From: Candidatus Doudnabacteria bacterium
GTDB taxonomy: Bacteria > Patescibacteriota > Doudnabacteria > UBA920
Reading direction: 5' to 3'
DNA length: 64,000 bases
Assembly (NCBI GenBank): GCA_963837465.1
Contig: CAWINB010000004.1
Span: 522,853 to 586,852 of the forward strand
Program-made: the position numbers and the translations under genes
Notes under the pieces: generated by a model
What the model was told of the DNA's origin: nothing
Databases searched by the model: none
What the model saw: the letters and a program-made list of their open reading frames with translations, nothing else
Part shown: positions 39,324-51,918 of the stretch, in pieces
Numbering within the stretch: the first letter of the stretch is position 1
How the letters are laid out: each line of letters begins with the position of its first letter

Positions 39324-40913
39324 CTAAATAATTGCTGAAATGACCTGTTCAAATTGTTTAAACTCGCTTATAATAAGGTTGTAATTCTGAAAACAGTAGT
39401 CCACCAAATTAAAACATTTAGGGTTTTCAGAGTAGGATTTACGGGCGGCACATAGTGCCGCCCATTGTGTTTGTGGGGTGAATTCAATTTTCCCATTCTG
39501 CAAAAACAGGTTCGAACCAAAGACTTTTACTGCAAAGGATTTCTTGTCTGCAAGGGAGGGGCTGGTTGCGATTTCGTTGAGGGTTTGTGCGGTTTTTGTA
39601 AATTCTTTGAGAGGTTCTAACCACGCTTTGTCCTTTTTTTCAAGACGGGCAATTTGCCCCTCCAAAGACTTCTTTTCGGACACTAAGTTGTTCTTGTCGG
39701 TACGGTAGTCCTGTCGTTCAATATCCTGGTCAAGGTACATATCTTTCAGTCTTAGGAGCTTGCGGTCAATGTCCTGTATTTTTAACCGCAAATCTTGAAC
39801 AAAAGTCGCGGTGATATTAGTAGATTCTTTTTCATCTTTATCAATCAATTCCAGCCATTGTTTTTCCCACTCTGGGGGCATGGCGTAGTTGGTAAGTAGC
39901 TTGGATAGCTGCCGTTCTAATTCCTCGGCCCTTATACAGGGCTGGGAGCACGGCTGTCTGCGTTTACCGCAGTGGTAATAGGTATAATAATGGGTATTGC
40001 CGTTTTTTTGGTGCTTGGTCTTGTTCTCAGCCGTAATCATACAATGGCATTCGGCGCAGCGCAACAAGCCGCAAAGAGGCTGGGGGGCAAAGACTTTTAC
40101 CCTGTTCTTGCTCCGCTGTTTTAAGATCTCCTGCACCTTGTCAAAAAGCTGCTTGGAAACCAGCGGCTCATGCTTGCCCGGGAAAAGTTCACCGCCATAG
40201 CGGAACAAGCCGCAGTAAAACGGATTGGCCAGAATGTAAGCGGCTTGGTCACGCTTTACGGCTCTGCCCCCAATACCATTTTTTACATTAGTTTTCTTGG
40301 TTTCAATACCATTGGCAAACAAAAACACCGAGATGTCTTCCAAAGAAAAACGGTTTTGCGAATAGCGTTCAAAGGCTTGTTTGATAATGGGAGCTTTATG
40401 TTTGTTTAGGATAATTGACTTATTTTTTAAGTCATTAAGGTAACCAAGGGGAGCCAAGCCCGGATATTCCCCACGTCTGGCTTTTTCATAAAGTCCACGT
40501 TTGGTATTCGTGCTTAAATCCCGAATATACTGGTTTGCAATCCCAAATTCTACGTTCATTAACATGACATTATCAGCCGAGCGGTAACTGCGGTCATGAG
40601 TTTGAATGTGCTGAATGATTCCTTCTTGGAGCAACCACTCTATTTGAGCGGCGTCTACGGGGTTACGGGCAAGTCGGTCCAGTTTCCAGCAAATAATGCC
40701 ATGGGCTTCGCCCTGCTCAATACGGCGGAGCATTTCGTTAAAGACAGGGCGTCCTGGGCGCTTGGCTGATTGTTTCTCCACAAACTCCTCGGATATATTT
40801 AGCCCTTCAGTTTTAGCCAAAGTCCTTAAAACGGCTAGTTGGTCTTCAATAGACCGAACCTGCTTGTCTTCAACGTCGGTGGATTTGCGGGCGTAGAGGA
40901 AATAGTTTGGCAT
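39324..40913 (-). CDS. Large serine recombinase 3 (paralogue of recombinase 1)
   Basis: Likely start MPNYFLYARKSTDVEDKQ at 40913; N-terminus near-identical to 12392-14014; reads through the core to LV-DYCFQNYNLIISEFKQF. Confidence 0.92.
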   Translation of the reverse strand: MPNYFLYARKSTDVEDKQVRSIEDQLAVLRTLAKTEGLNISEEFVEKQSAKRPGRPVFNEMLRRIEQGEAHGIICWKLDRLARNPVDAAQIEWLLQEGIIQHIQTHDRSYRSADNVMLMNVEFGIANQYIRDLSTNTKRGLYEKARRGEYPGLAPLGYLNDLKNKSIILNKHKAPIIKQAFERYSQNRFSLEDISVFLFANGIETKKTNVKNGIGGRAVKRDQAAYILANPFYCGLFRYGGELFPGKHEPLVSKQLFDKVQEILKQRSKNRVKVFAPQPLCGLLRCAECHCMITAENKTKHQKNGNTHYYTYYHCGKRRQPCSQPCIRAEELERQLSKLLTNYAMPPEWEKQWLELIDKDEKESTNITATFVQDLRLKIQDIDRKLLRLKDMYLDQDIERQDYRTDKNNLVSEKKSLEGQIARLEKKDKAWLEPLKEFTKTAQTLNEIATSPSLADKKSFAVKVFGSNLFLQNGKIEFTPQTQWAALCAARKSYSENPKCFNLVDYCFQNYNLIISEFKQFEQVISAII

Positions 40914-41144
40914 ATATTTTTGTTTAAAATTAAAGGGGCAACCCTGGCTGTCCAACTCCACCAAACAGTCGTCTGGCTTCGCTGGCAGGGTTGCCACCTT
41001 AAAAGCGAATATACAAAATAAAAGACTGTTGGTAAATATGGAATTGGACAGCAATAGTATTATATCACAATTTTGTGACTAGGAAAAAAGTGCTATAATT
41101 AAGGCAATAAAATCATTGTCTGTACTTATTTAACTTTAGGTAAA

Positions 41145-41715
41145 ATGAAAAAGAAGACCAGGCAGAAAAAAGTTGAAGTGCCAAAAAAATACCTTGATAA
41201 AAAGGGTACTTTTTGTGTTTATGATGTTTATGAAAAGAGCAAAAAAACAATTTACTATGTCCGTGGTAGCCAAGCTAAACAATTACCTCAAATAACATTA
41301 GATGGTTTTACAGATTTACCGTCAGGACTTTATCTATATAAAGAAGGTTATGGTTTCGGCAAAAAAGGGACTTTTCTGCTATCTGCGATAAGAAAGCATA
41401 TCATTAAATCCGATAAAGTATTTGAATTAATAGTTTCAAAAAATAAAAAGAAAGGTATAAAAAATAGCTCTGTCGGAACTTGCGTAACTTTACCATACGA
41501 TGACGTAAAACAGCTTCTGGCGAGGTTGGGTGGGATAAACGAACAAAATAATGATGAATTAAGGGAAGAAGTTGGTTCTTTTTTGAGCACAAAATTTCCG
41601 AAAAGAATCAACCTTTCATCCAAAAATTTTGATGAATATAAGGCCGGGGAAGTTTACTCAATGCTTTCAAAAAAGAAAGTTGCGCAAAAATTGAATGAGG
41701 ACGATTTGGATGCTC
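41145..41715 (+). pseudogene. Passenger gene truncated by IS3 (possibly the N-terminal part of a Shedu/DUF4263-like protein)
   Basis: ORF runs into the IS3 terminal repeat at 41716 and does not resume after the IS; family guess is from memory only. Confidence 0.5.
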
Positions 41716-41728
41716 TGAACTGCTCTGA

Positions 41729-42412
41729 TTATACCGTACCACTTCGACCGTTTTTGATGAGAGGTTTTAGAGCGGTCTTGGTGTAGGCCATCGGCGGTTT
41801 GTAGCCGATGCTGCTGTGTAATCTTCTATAATTATAGTAGTTAATTTTCTTCTTTACAAACTTAATAACTTCGGTTAAATTGGTCAGCTCAGATATCTCG
41901 CTTTGCAGCTCAGTCTTAAACCTGCCAAAGAAAGATTCCTGTCCTGGATTGTCCGTTGGAGTGCCAGGCTTGGAAAAAGATATCTTGCCGTGTCCCAGTA
42001 TCGCTTCCACATAACTGTAACCGGTATACTGACTGCCCCTGTCCTGATGCCAAATCATTTTCTTAAATAATCTTTTTAACAGTTTGGGACAAGGTGGGAG
42101 TCGGCTGATAGTTTTTAAAGCGCTGCAAAACGAATTTAAGACTAAAGTTTCTTCCATGTTGTCATCAATATCGTATCCGTAAACTGCTTCCCCTAAGTTG
42201 TCCTTATGTACACACAAGTAAGCTTTTCCGGTTTTGAACTTCAACTCCGTAATATCCGAAGTAACGGCCTGCAAGGGTTTGGTGATATTAGCCTTTAAAA
42301 GTAAGTTGGCTTTATCTCCTAAAGCATTTAAAGTTTTTTGAATAAAAGTATCTTTATTCTTTTTAATATTTCTAGGTAGACTAAGGCCCCAAAGGTTGCT
42401 TAATTTAGCCAC
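41729..42412 (-). CDS. IS3 transposase OrfB (frame is open upstream to ~42690)
   Basis: SDITE, HQDRGSQY, DNPGQESFFGRFKTE, YNYRRLHSSIGY. Confidence 0.88.
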   Translation of the reverse strand: MAKLSNLWGLSLPRNIKKNKDTFIQKTLNALGDKANLLLKANITKPLQAVTSDITELKFKTGKAYLCVHKDNLGEAVYGYDIDDNMEETLVLNSFCSALKTISRLPPCPKLLKRLFKKMIWHQDRGSQYTGYSYVEAILGHGKISFSKPGTPTDNPGQESFFGRFKTELQSEISELTNLTEVIKFVKKKINYYNYRRLHSSIGYKPPMAYTKTALKPLIKNGRSGTV

Positions 42413-42669
42413 TTTATCTCGGCCAATAGTAATGCGCTTGTTATCGTTCAGCTCATAGTAAAGCCTTCTTATTCCATAACCAGAATTATCTTTTATGACT
42501 TTGACAAAGACTGCTTTTAAATGTTTATGGGCAATTTCAAACTTTTGGGTTTTATCACAGGCGTGGTAGTAAGTGTCCTTACTGATATTAAAGAGTTTAC
42601 AGATTTGATTAATCCCAATTCCATCCTGGCCGGCAAACTTGCGACAGTATTCGGCGATGCAAAGCTTGC

Positions 42670-42996
42670 TTACCCCTGACTGTCTAAAAAATTTTTAAGT
42701 AAGTTAATTTCCACTTCCTTTTTTCCCAGTAAGGATTCCAGATCACGAATTTGTTGTTTTGCTTGCTCTGTAGTTTTATCTGCTTTGAGTTCAAAGATGC
42801 TGGGACCGTTGTCCAGGAAGTGCCTGCGCCAGGTGGAAATTTGGTTGGGAGCTAAGTTATGCTTCCTGGCCAGTGCTGTAACTTCCGATTGTTTAAAACT
42901 TTCCAGTACCAGGTTAAACTTAAATTGGGCTGAATGTTTAATCTTAGAATTTAATTTGCTGCTACGCTTGTAGACATATTTTTTTACATAATTCAT
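42670..42996 (-). CDS. IS3 transposase OrfA
   Basis: HSAQFKFNLV..LARKHNL..ISTW HTH plus leucine zipper. Confidence 0.85.
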   Translation of the reverse strand: MNYVKKYVYKRSSKLNSKIKHSAQFKFNLVLESFKQSEVTALARKHNLAPNQISTWRRHFLDNGPSIFELKADKTTEQAKQQIRDLESLLGKKEVEINLLKNFLDSQG

Positions 42997-43314
42997 AATG
43001 GTTTTAGCAGGGTTACAATTAATTGTATTTTACCCTCTAAAACCTCTCATGCATAGTGGTACGGGAAAGCCAGGACAGATCAAAGTTCAATGCTCGTCCT
43101 GCTGATATTGTATAAATTTTATGAATGGATTGAGCTAAAACTACCCAGCCTAAGGACATCGGACCCGTACATTCTTATTGTACTGCTCTTAATCCTTTTT
43201 CTGTATTCTTACAGGAAGCAAACACAATATATTACAAAAAGGATTAAGACAAATAATGGGCAATAATTTTTTTATTTTTGTTTCTCTTGCGTCTTGTGTT
43301 CTGCGCCCTGCGTC

Positions 43315-43462
43315 CCCCAAAAAATCTGCTGCACAAAAAATCTTTGGCTCGCACCTGTTTTTAAAAAATCAAAAAATTGTTTCCACCCCACAAACACAAT
43401 GGGCTGCGCTAAGCGCAGCCCTTGGGAAAGTTGGAAAAATTCCTTTGTGTAATATCTTGGTG
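43315..43462 (-). repeat. Internal inverted copy of att arm A, core TTGGTG at 43457-43462
   Basis: rc of 12479-12626 with 1 mismatch in 148 bp. Confidence 0.92.
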
Positions 43463-43968
43463 AATTTTCTTAGTGAAGCTCACACCTATTATATCCAAAA
43501 CAGCTAACTTTGCCTACCCCATTACCCCCTGCAATACACCCTTGCCGAGGCCAAAACTTTAGCCTAAAATGGAAGCAACTGGTACTTTCCAGCTGTATGA
43601 ACAGCTGTATGAACATCATTCATACAGTTTGGCTGTTAAACCCCTTAATTCCATTACCTCTCACTACTCCAAATACCCCTGACTACTATATATCACCAGA
43701 TAATCTAACTGAACGACAAAATAGATAATACAAAAAGAGAAACTGACTACAAAAAACTATACTAAAAAATACCAATATACTAAACTAACTTAACTATACC
43801 CTAAAAAACAAAGAAACCCAAAGAACCAAAACACAGCAAATCCAAAGACTACAATTAAAATCTCAATCTAAAACCTAAAAAATACCAAAAACATCAAAAC
43901 CTAAAAATCAATACAAAAGTGGGGGTGGGGTTACCCGCCGAAAAAATCGGCGGGTCAGAGGGGGTGGA
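43463..43968 (+). repeat. Att arm B copy 3: 268-bp core plus pair-2 A-rich tail, G-tract and hairpin
   Basis: 43463-43919 is rc of 52983-53439 (2 mismatches seen, both in the shared core). Confidence 0.95.
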
Positions 43969-44078
43969 AAAATTGCACACACGAATTTTTAACTTCTATT
44001 CCTATTCCAAACAACAGCCCGAAGGATTTTTAAGATAGATCCTAGAAATTTTTGTCTTGCATTTTTAAAAACCTACCT

Positions 44079-47000
44079 CTAATTAGTCGGCTGTTTTTGA
44101 TCGGCCTGATCCATTAGATTGTTTAATTTTACGAACGCCGCATCAGTATAGGCGTTGCGGATAAGCTTCATATTGGCCGCGCTGCCAAAAAGAACCAGTC
44201 CGCCGCCGTCCGTACCCATAGTCTGGGCAGTGAGGCCTGTGTTGCCATAAGCTGAACCGCCCAGCACGTTACCCAAAAGGTCGGTATTGGTAATGTCCGG
44301 CAAAGCCGTCAGCAGTTCCTGGTCAGTCGGGCTGCCGGAATGAATGCCATTGTCATCTGCCCAGCCGGTGATGTTGCCGTTTGCGTCTTTCATCATGGTA
44401 ACGGTATCGTAACTGCCGTCAGGATTTAACAGCGTGATAGTCGTGGCCGCGGTGGTGCTGGTCAAAGTATTGCCGCTTTGATCCTCAAGTTTAACGGTAC
44501 CGTTATTTTCCACGGTAATACTGTCGCCAGTCGGCTCGCTGGTGGTATCGTCAAGAATGTCATATGTAGTATCGCCGTCATCGTCAACTTGAACTACTGA
44601 ACGGGCTGGCTGGCCGCTGAAGTTAGCGCCCGCTACTATCGTCTGTCCCGCCTTATTCGTCCAATAAAAGTTGCCGCTACCCGGATTTGCGTTGAAAGCA
44701 CTCCCATCGCTAAATTGGACAGAAAAAGCTGTATTGCCTTGCAAGACTTGCATCAAAATAGACTGATACATAGCAGAACCCGGCGGGGCTATAAGGGTTT
44801 GGAGGCCTGCCGCAGCTATAAGGCTGCCAGATTGGGTACCGAATACGCCGTTGGCGGTAATCGAAATAGAATAGAGTCCGTAATTTACATTAACAGAACA
44901 ATTGTTGCAATTTTCCTCATAAGCACCGTACTCTATGGTGCTTAAAGTACCCGCATTAGAATTAGATGTTGTTGGGGTAAGGTCATAAATAAAACCATTA
45001 ACAGCAACACTAGTCTGGTTCAAAACACCAGTCGCGTTAGTGCTACTATTATTATTAGTACTAGTGACAATATTGCCGTTGAGCGTAAGGGTGCCGGTGT
45101 TATAGGTATTATCGCCATATAAAATTACAACAGCCTGTCCCCGCGAAACATAAGCATTAAATTGGGGGGCTGGCTGTCCGTTAATGGCACTGCTGAGATT
45201 AAGTGCTTGATTGAAAAGCGGAGTGAAAGAGCTTGTCATAAATACGGATAGCGGCTGAGTTTGGTAGGCTTGTTGGAGCTGGCTTAGGATGCTCAGATAA
45301 TTGAGCCGTTTGGTAAGCCGTACTTTCATCCATCACTGCATTTGGATCACTTGTGCTATATCCTTGAGCGATTAAGTAAGCTTTCAAAAACAAGTTGGTT
45401 ATTGCCGAGTTCTGGTTATACTGGTTAGCCATAGTTGCAGGGTTAGCGGCGTTGGCTAAATGCTGACCCTCATGTTTGAATACTGACATATACGGAGATG
45501 ATATCTGTATACCATTTTGGACTGACGGAGTTAACACAAATTTTCCCGCGGCATTTTTAGTGATTATATTATTGCTCACCATAAAATTAAATAAGGGCTG
45601 GGCCGCGGCTGGAACTTGACCATTGAGATAATTGAGCTGTGCTACCCAAGCAATCAAACAAGGATTAGTCAAAGTAAATCCGCCTACATTGTTACTACCC
45701 GTATTATTAGGCCACATAGCGTCAAAAGAAGCACCTAATCCCTGCAAAACTGGCAGGGTAGCCACAAAGGACTCTGTCTGATTCTGGCTCTGATAAAGAA
45801 TAACTTGGCCTGAATTAATGGCAGACGATTGAGCTGTAGTCAAAGGAATCTCCGCCAAAGCTGACGCCGCGCTATAAGCTGCGGCTACGACAGGGGCACT
45901 ATTGGCAAGGATGTTGCCTTGGTTGTCAATAAAGTTTGAATCCACGACTCCCGATGTCGTATCCGTATTATCAATAATACTAAAATCACTGTTGACTTCC
46001 TGGACATCTACTCCGGCTAAATTGTTTGCAATGGCATATTGCCAGGCGGCTTTGCCGGCATCGCCCACGGTGTCAACTACCTGTCCGCCGGGCGTCATTA
46101 TGGCGTATTGGTTGGAGCCGTCGGCAGCCGGAGCAATGGGCACTATTTGATAGGAACCGACTGGCGTAGCATTAACACTGCCATCCGTATTGACCGTGGT
46201 TGCCGGAGCAACGCCGCTGGTTAAGGTCATACTGTCACCGGCAGAGGTTGTGCCGGTAATGGAAGTTACGGCTCCGCTGGAGTCAAGGCTTATGCTTACG
46301 TTGGTTAAGGTCATAGTAATGCTTCCATCGCTGCCGTAAATGTTAACACTGGCGGCCTGCGTAGCTCCAGTCGGCAGCTCGGCCCAGACATTACCCATAG
46401 ATTCCATAGTAATTTGGTTCCCGCTGCCGTTAGTGCCCGTGGCTGACAAAATATTACCGCTTGAGTCTTGCGCCACGGTGGCATTGGTCAATACATTGGA
46501 CGGAGTATTATTAAAACCGCCGTACTGGATGCTGGTGGATCCGTCCAAACCTGTCAAAACTTCAAGGCCGTTTTGGGTAGCGGAAACAACCGAATAAGGG
46601 GTAAGGTTAGAGACCATGCCGCTGTCGTCAAAGTAAGTCAGTATCTGGCTGGCGCCGCTGCCGGAAGTAATCATATACAAGCCGTCGTTAGTGGAAGTAA
46701 CCGTAAAATTGGAAAGATTATTAGTTACGGCGTACTGATAAGCCTGCTGGCCGGCGGCGGGGACGGTATCTATGACAAAGTTATTCTGCATTACTAGATA
46801 GTCGGTGCCTGAACCATCGCCCGCTGTATAAGGGACAAAAGTTATGCCGGAGGCACTGCCTGTTACCACTCCCTGGCTGGCTCCGGCGCCGATGGTAAAG
46901 GTCGCCGGTATGCCGCTGGAAGCGTAAACCGGTGAGGCCGAGCCGACGGTGGCGGCCAAAAGGTAGCCGCTGATGCTGACCGGATTGCCGTTGGCATCGT

Positions 47001-50000
47001 TGGAAACGGTAGCCGCGCCTAATTTGTAATCCGATGGGCCTATGGAGTTGCCCTGTAAATCAGTCAGCACGTACGCGTTTGGAGTGTTGGTTTGTTCCAG
47101 CCAGGCGCTGCCGACCCGGTAATAGACGAAACCGGCATTGTCGACATAAGAAATAATGTTGCCGTTTTTATCCTTGACCACATCCGAAGCGTTTACCACT
47201 GTGCCGTCAACGTTAAGTTGAAGCTGTGATTGTCCGAACAGCGGGGTCAAAAAACCTATGCCGTTATTTTGGTCAGCGGGCCAATTGGACAGGATTTGTG
47301 TTTGTAAATCCTGGGGCAGTTGGCTGGAGAAATCGCTGTAACTGCCATCAGCTTGCAGCGCCCCTACTTGATCGTCTCTAATAACAACGGTTTGCCCGTT
47401 ATAACTTAAACCAGCCTGGACTTCGCCGTCAGGCAAATAAGTATAAGTTACCTGGTAGCTGTTGCCGGCGGCATCGGTAAAAGTAATGGCCGTGCCGGGA
47501 TTAACAACGTTGCCGGGAAATTGCAGCCATAGGCCGTTAACATAAAGCTGCGGAGAGCTTGTGTTTCTGGTATCGCCGTTTTGGGGCGCGTCCACCCATT
47601 GGTTTTGTGAGCTGTCATAAGTTTGGTGTATGCTGCCGCCATTTTCCTGGGTAACTCTGGTTTGGGTAAGTGGAGCTAAAACGGTAACCGATACCGGATC
47701 AGTAGTGCCCAAGGCGGAAGTTACCGTAACATTGTAATTTCCCGGGGCCATATCAGCAGGCAGCGGCACATTAATTTGGCCGGCAGTTTCCAAAATGCCG
47801 TCAGCCGCCGTATAGGTTTGGTCCCCAATGGTAACTGTATTGTTACTAGCGGAGAAAGTCCCATAGAGAATCAAGTATTGTCCAGCGGTAATATTAGTGC
47901 TGTCTCCATACTGCCCTGTGGCGGGATTGTAACTTTCAACCCCGGAGATGCCGGATGAGGAAATTGCCTGGTTTGGGGTTGTCGTATTTGCCGCCGTTTT
48001 ATCGCCGGTCGTTTTAACAACCGGAGTTGTCTGTAAGCTGGCACGTGAACTGACACTCAAACTCTGCGATACTCCATTGGCATTGCTGACACTAACCGTA
48101 AAAGACGAACCTGTAGTCGTAATGCCCGCAAGCGAAATGTTTATCTGGCCTGTACTTTGGTAGGTTATGGCAGCGGCAGGCACTGTTTGGCCGTTAATAG
48201 ACACTGTGTTGCCCGAAGCGGCAAAGCTGCCGTAAAGGATTAAGTAGGTGTCGTTTGCCATTATGGTATTTTGGGCGGTCTCATAGGTGTTAGTCACATT
48301 ATTGTAGCCTTGGGTTGACTGTAAAGTCGGAGCCACAGCATATGTGGTAGGTATTTGTGCTGTCTGCGTTGACGGCGCTGTTACAGTAAAGGCCGTTGTC
48401 GTTGTGGCCCCAAATGTAGTATTGACTGTCACGGTGTGGCTGCCAAATGCGATGCCTTGTAATGAGAGATTTATTTGATTGGCCGTCTGGGCAGCGATGG
48501 TGGCAGGCAAGCCGTCAATGGTTACGGTATCACCTGAAGCGTCAAAGGTACCATAGATAATGAGGTAGGTATTGGCAACAGCGGTATTGTTGGTATAGGC
48601 GTTGGTAGTAGGGTCAAAGCCTTGAACGCCGCTAATGGAGGCTGTCTTGGTTGGATTGGAAAGCGTTGGTGTGGACACATTAACGTTTAAGTTTTGGGAT
48701 GTACCGCCGCTATTACTAACAGAAACATTGAGCGAGGTTAGACCGGTAAGATTCCCCAACAAGATATTAATCTGACTGACGCTTTGATAGCTAATGTTAC
48801 CAGTTACTACTGCCTGGCCGTTAATAATAACTGTGTTGCCGGAGGCGGAAAAGTTGCCGTATAGAATAAGGTACTGGTTGGAAGTAACGGTGCCATTTGT
48901 GTAGCTATTACTGATTGGGTTGTAGCCTTGCGCTGAATTTAAAACCGGAGCCGAGAAGGCCGACACGACAGGGACGGAGGCAGGTGGCGGCGGGGCAACC
49001 GGCGGAATAGTAAATGAACTTTGGCTGGAAGTCCCATTGGGATTGGTAACTGTAACCGTGTGTTGACCCGAGGCCAAGCTGCCGCTAAGTAAAACATTAA
49101 TCTGGTTTTGGGTTTGTGCAGTTTCATTAGCCGTTTGTCCGTCTATGCTGACTTTATTATCGTTACTGGCCGAGAAGTTGCCGTAAAGAATAAGGTATTG
49201 TCCGGCAGTAACATTGCTGCTATTAGTGTATTGGCCGGTTGCGGTGTTGTAGCCTTGAACGCCGGAGATGGTGGGAACCGAAACCACAGACGTAGCCTGG
49301 GCAATATTCAAAGTAACTTGCTCGCTTCCTGGGGTATTAACCCCATCACTGGCGGTAACCGTAATATTATTAAAAGAACCGGACACTGTGGGAGTGCCGG
49401 AGATAATCCCAGTAGTTTGATTGATAATTAATCCGCTTGGCAAGCCCTGGGCTGACCAGGTATAATTGCCGTTGCCGTTGCTGGCAGTTAAGGAAGCTGA
49501 ATAGGTTTGATTCACCGTTCCAGAAGCCAAGGAACCGGAAACATTTATCTGACTAACGGTCGGGGTTTGTGCCGGGGCAGTCACGGTAAAGGTACTGGCG
49601 CTGGAACTGCCGCCGATATTACTGACAACCACGCTGTGCTGGCCCGAACCGAGAGTAGAGTTTAGCTGTACATTAATCTGGTTTTGAGTTTGAGCCGTGA
49701 CAGTGGCCTGCTGGCCGTCAATGTTAACGGTGTTATCTTGATTGGCCGAAAAACTTCCATAGAGGATTAGATAGTTGCCAGCCGTTGCTATGCCATTGGT
49801 ATAACTACCAGTAGCGGGATTGTAGCCTTGGATGCCGGAAATAGTCGGGGCAGTTTGGACGGCTGGGGGTGGCGAAGTCTGCTTAACAAATAATCCTTCA
49901 ACGCTGTCGTATGAAGTGAACCCCAAAGATTGAGCCGTTAAATTTAAGCTGGTGCTGCTGCCCATACCCAAAGCCCAGGCAAACACGCTGCCAGGGGCAA

Positions 50001-51777
50001 GAGTCTGGAAGTTTTGTCCGGTTAAGGCAGTGGGGTTGTCCGTTAGATAGCTGGTTAAAGCAGACTGTTCATCCGCGGTTAAACTGCCGTAAAGAATGGT
50101 ATTGGCTCCGGCAACTATTTGCTGGACGCGGGCAGAAGTAACAACGGCTGGAGCAGGATCAATATTTAAAGTAAATGCCTGGGTGCCGGGAGTATTAGTT
50201 CCATCGCTGGCGGTAACGGTGACAGTAGGATTTTCGGACTCCGTGGGGGTGCCGGAGATAACACCGGTGCTTGAGTTGATGCTCAAGCCAGCCGGTAAGC
50301 CCTGGGCTGACCAGGTGTAATTGCCATTGCCGTTGCTGGCAGTAAAAGTGGCAGAATAATTTTGGTTAACCGTACCACCTGGGGCTGTGCCGGAAACGGC
50401 TATTTGGCTAACGGTCGGTGTTTGCACAGGGGCAGTTACAGTAAAGGTGCTTTGGCTGGAGGTACCGCCGGTATTACTAACTGTAACATTGTGCTGGCCG
50501 GAACTGATACTAGAGCTAAGCAGCACGTTTATCTGGTTTTGGGTCTGGGCAGTCACCGTTGCTGCTTGCCCGTCTATACTTACCGTATTATCTTGGTTAG
50601 CTGAAAAGCTGCCATAAACAATTAAATAGTTGCCAGCTGTCGCTGTGCCATTAGTATAACTGCCGGTTGTCGCAGCATAGCCCTGGATGCCGGAAATGGT
50701 TGGAGCAATAGCAGCTGGAGCCTTGATTTGCAGGGAAAAACTTTGGCTGCCAGCGGTATTAACCCCGTCACTGGCCGTAACAGTGACAGTAGGATTTTCG
50801 GACTCCGTGGGGGTGCCGGAGATAACACCGGTGCTTGAGTTGATGCTCAAGCCGCTCGGCAATCCTTGGGCTGACCAGGTGTAATCGCCGTTGCCATTGG
50901 CTGCTGTGAGTGTGGCAGAGTAATCTTGGCCGACTGTGCCGGAAGCAAAAGAGCCGGAAACCGTAATTTGCTTTACAGCAGGAGCAGGTACACTAACTTG
51001 GACGTTTAAGCTTTGGGAGGTACCACCTTGGTTGGTAACAGTTACGCTAATGGATGACAGTCCGGAAAGGTTAACTCCGGACAGAGGAACATTGAGCTGG
51101 TTGGTAAGCTGGGAGTCGGGAGTAACTGTCTGGATGTTTTGGCCATTTTGGCTGATCCGGACAGTGTTCCCGGAAGCCGCGAAACTGCCGTAAAGGATTA
51201 AATACTTTCCGGCAGTAACAGTATTGTTGGTGTAGTTACCGGTATCTGGATCATAGCCTTGGGCTGTAACCAAGGTTGGCGCAGAGATGGTTGGCGCGGG
51301 AATAGCAGGAGCTTGGCTTTGTAGATTCCAAACGTTGCCTTGAAGTGTATACGTCTGGCCAAGAATAGTCTGGCTAGTTTCAACCCCCCCCCAGCCAAGC
51401 ATATATGCCGTTACGCTGTCGCTGTTTATGGCTGAAATCGAGCCGGCCTGAATCAGGCTTACTAAAGCGTCATGGATACCGCTCATATCATCGGCGCTGA
51501 TTGTGGTTGGGTCGTAGGTTGTGGTACTGGCGTTGTCAGCAGTCAAGGTAAAATCAGCATGAGCGGTCTGTGCGCCAAAGATTGACTCCACCTCCTGCTT
51601 TATCTTATCATTGCCGCTATTGGTGTTTGTGCTGACAATAGCCGTCTTGCTCTGATTGGCAAAGCCGGAGCCGGTACTGACCAAAGTGGAGGCCAAACCT
51701 AAACCGGCCAGGATTTTTTCTTTGGTGGTTACGATTTTTTTGTTTCTCTTGACCCGTTTGATTTTTACTCTTTCCAT
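44079..51777 (-). CDS. Giant (~2560 aa) secreted/surface protein with Ig-like (He_PIG) and IPT/TIG repeats; +1 frameshift near 45300 (ORFs 45199-51777 and 44079-45329)
   Basis: Basic then hydrophobic N-terminus; repeats YTWSAQGLPSGLSINSSTGVISGTPT and YLILYGxFxASxNTV; FKHEGQH motif; rich in S/T/N/G. Confidence 0.8.
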
Positions 51778-51918
51778 ACCTTTGGTTTTGAGAGCATTGA
51801 ATAAATGGCTACATGGTAGTAGCCAAGCTTGGAACTTGGCTTAATTTTATCTTTTTTTAAAGGCTTTAGCAAGCTGCAGCTACGGAAAAGTTTCAGGATT
51901 CTTTACCCCCTTGACCCA

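Larger units (their letters stand above)
34737..39407. mobile_element. Element 2: ~4.7-kb integrative element with serine recombinase and rolling-circle Rep
   Basis: CACCAA cores at 34737 and 39402; terminator-like hairpin accgcctgcgtaggcggttttt right after the left core. Confidence 0.75.
41716..43082 (-). mobile_element. IS3-family insertion sequence
   Basis: TG...CA ends with imperfect inverted repeats (tgaactgctctgattataccgtaccact / agtggtacgggaaagccaggacagatca); no target duplication visible. Confidence 0.88.

Noticed and set aside
40914-41054. 47-aa N-terminal extension of recombinase 3 in the ORF track
   Set aside because: Alignment with recombinase 1 places the start at MPNYFLYARKS (40913).
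44079-51777. Diversity-generating retroelement target suggested by near-identical repeats in the giant gene
   Set aside because: No reverse transcriptase in the window; the repeats are in-frame Ig-domain duplications without evident adenine-specific mismatches.
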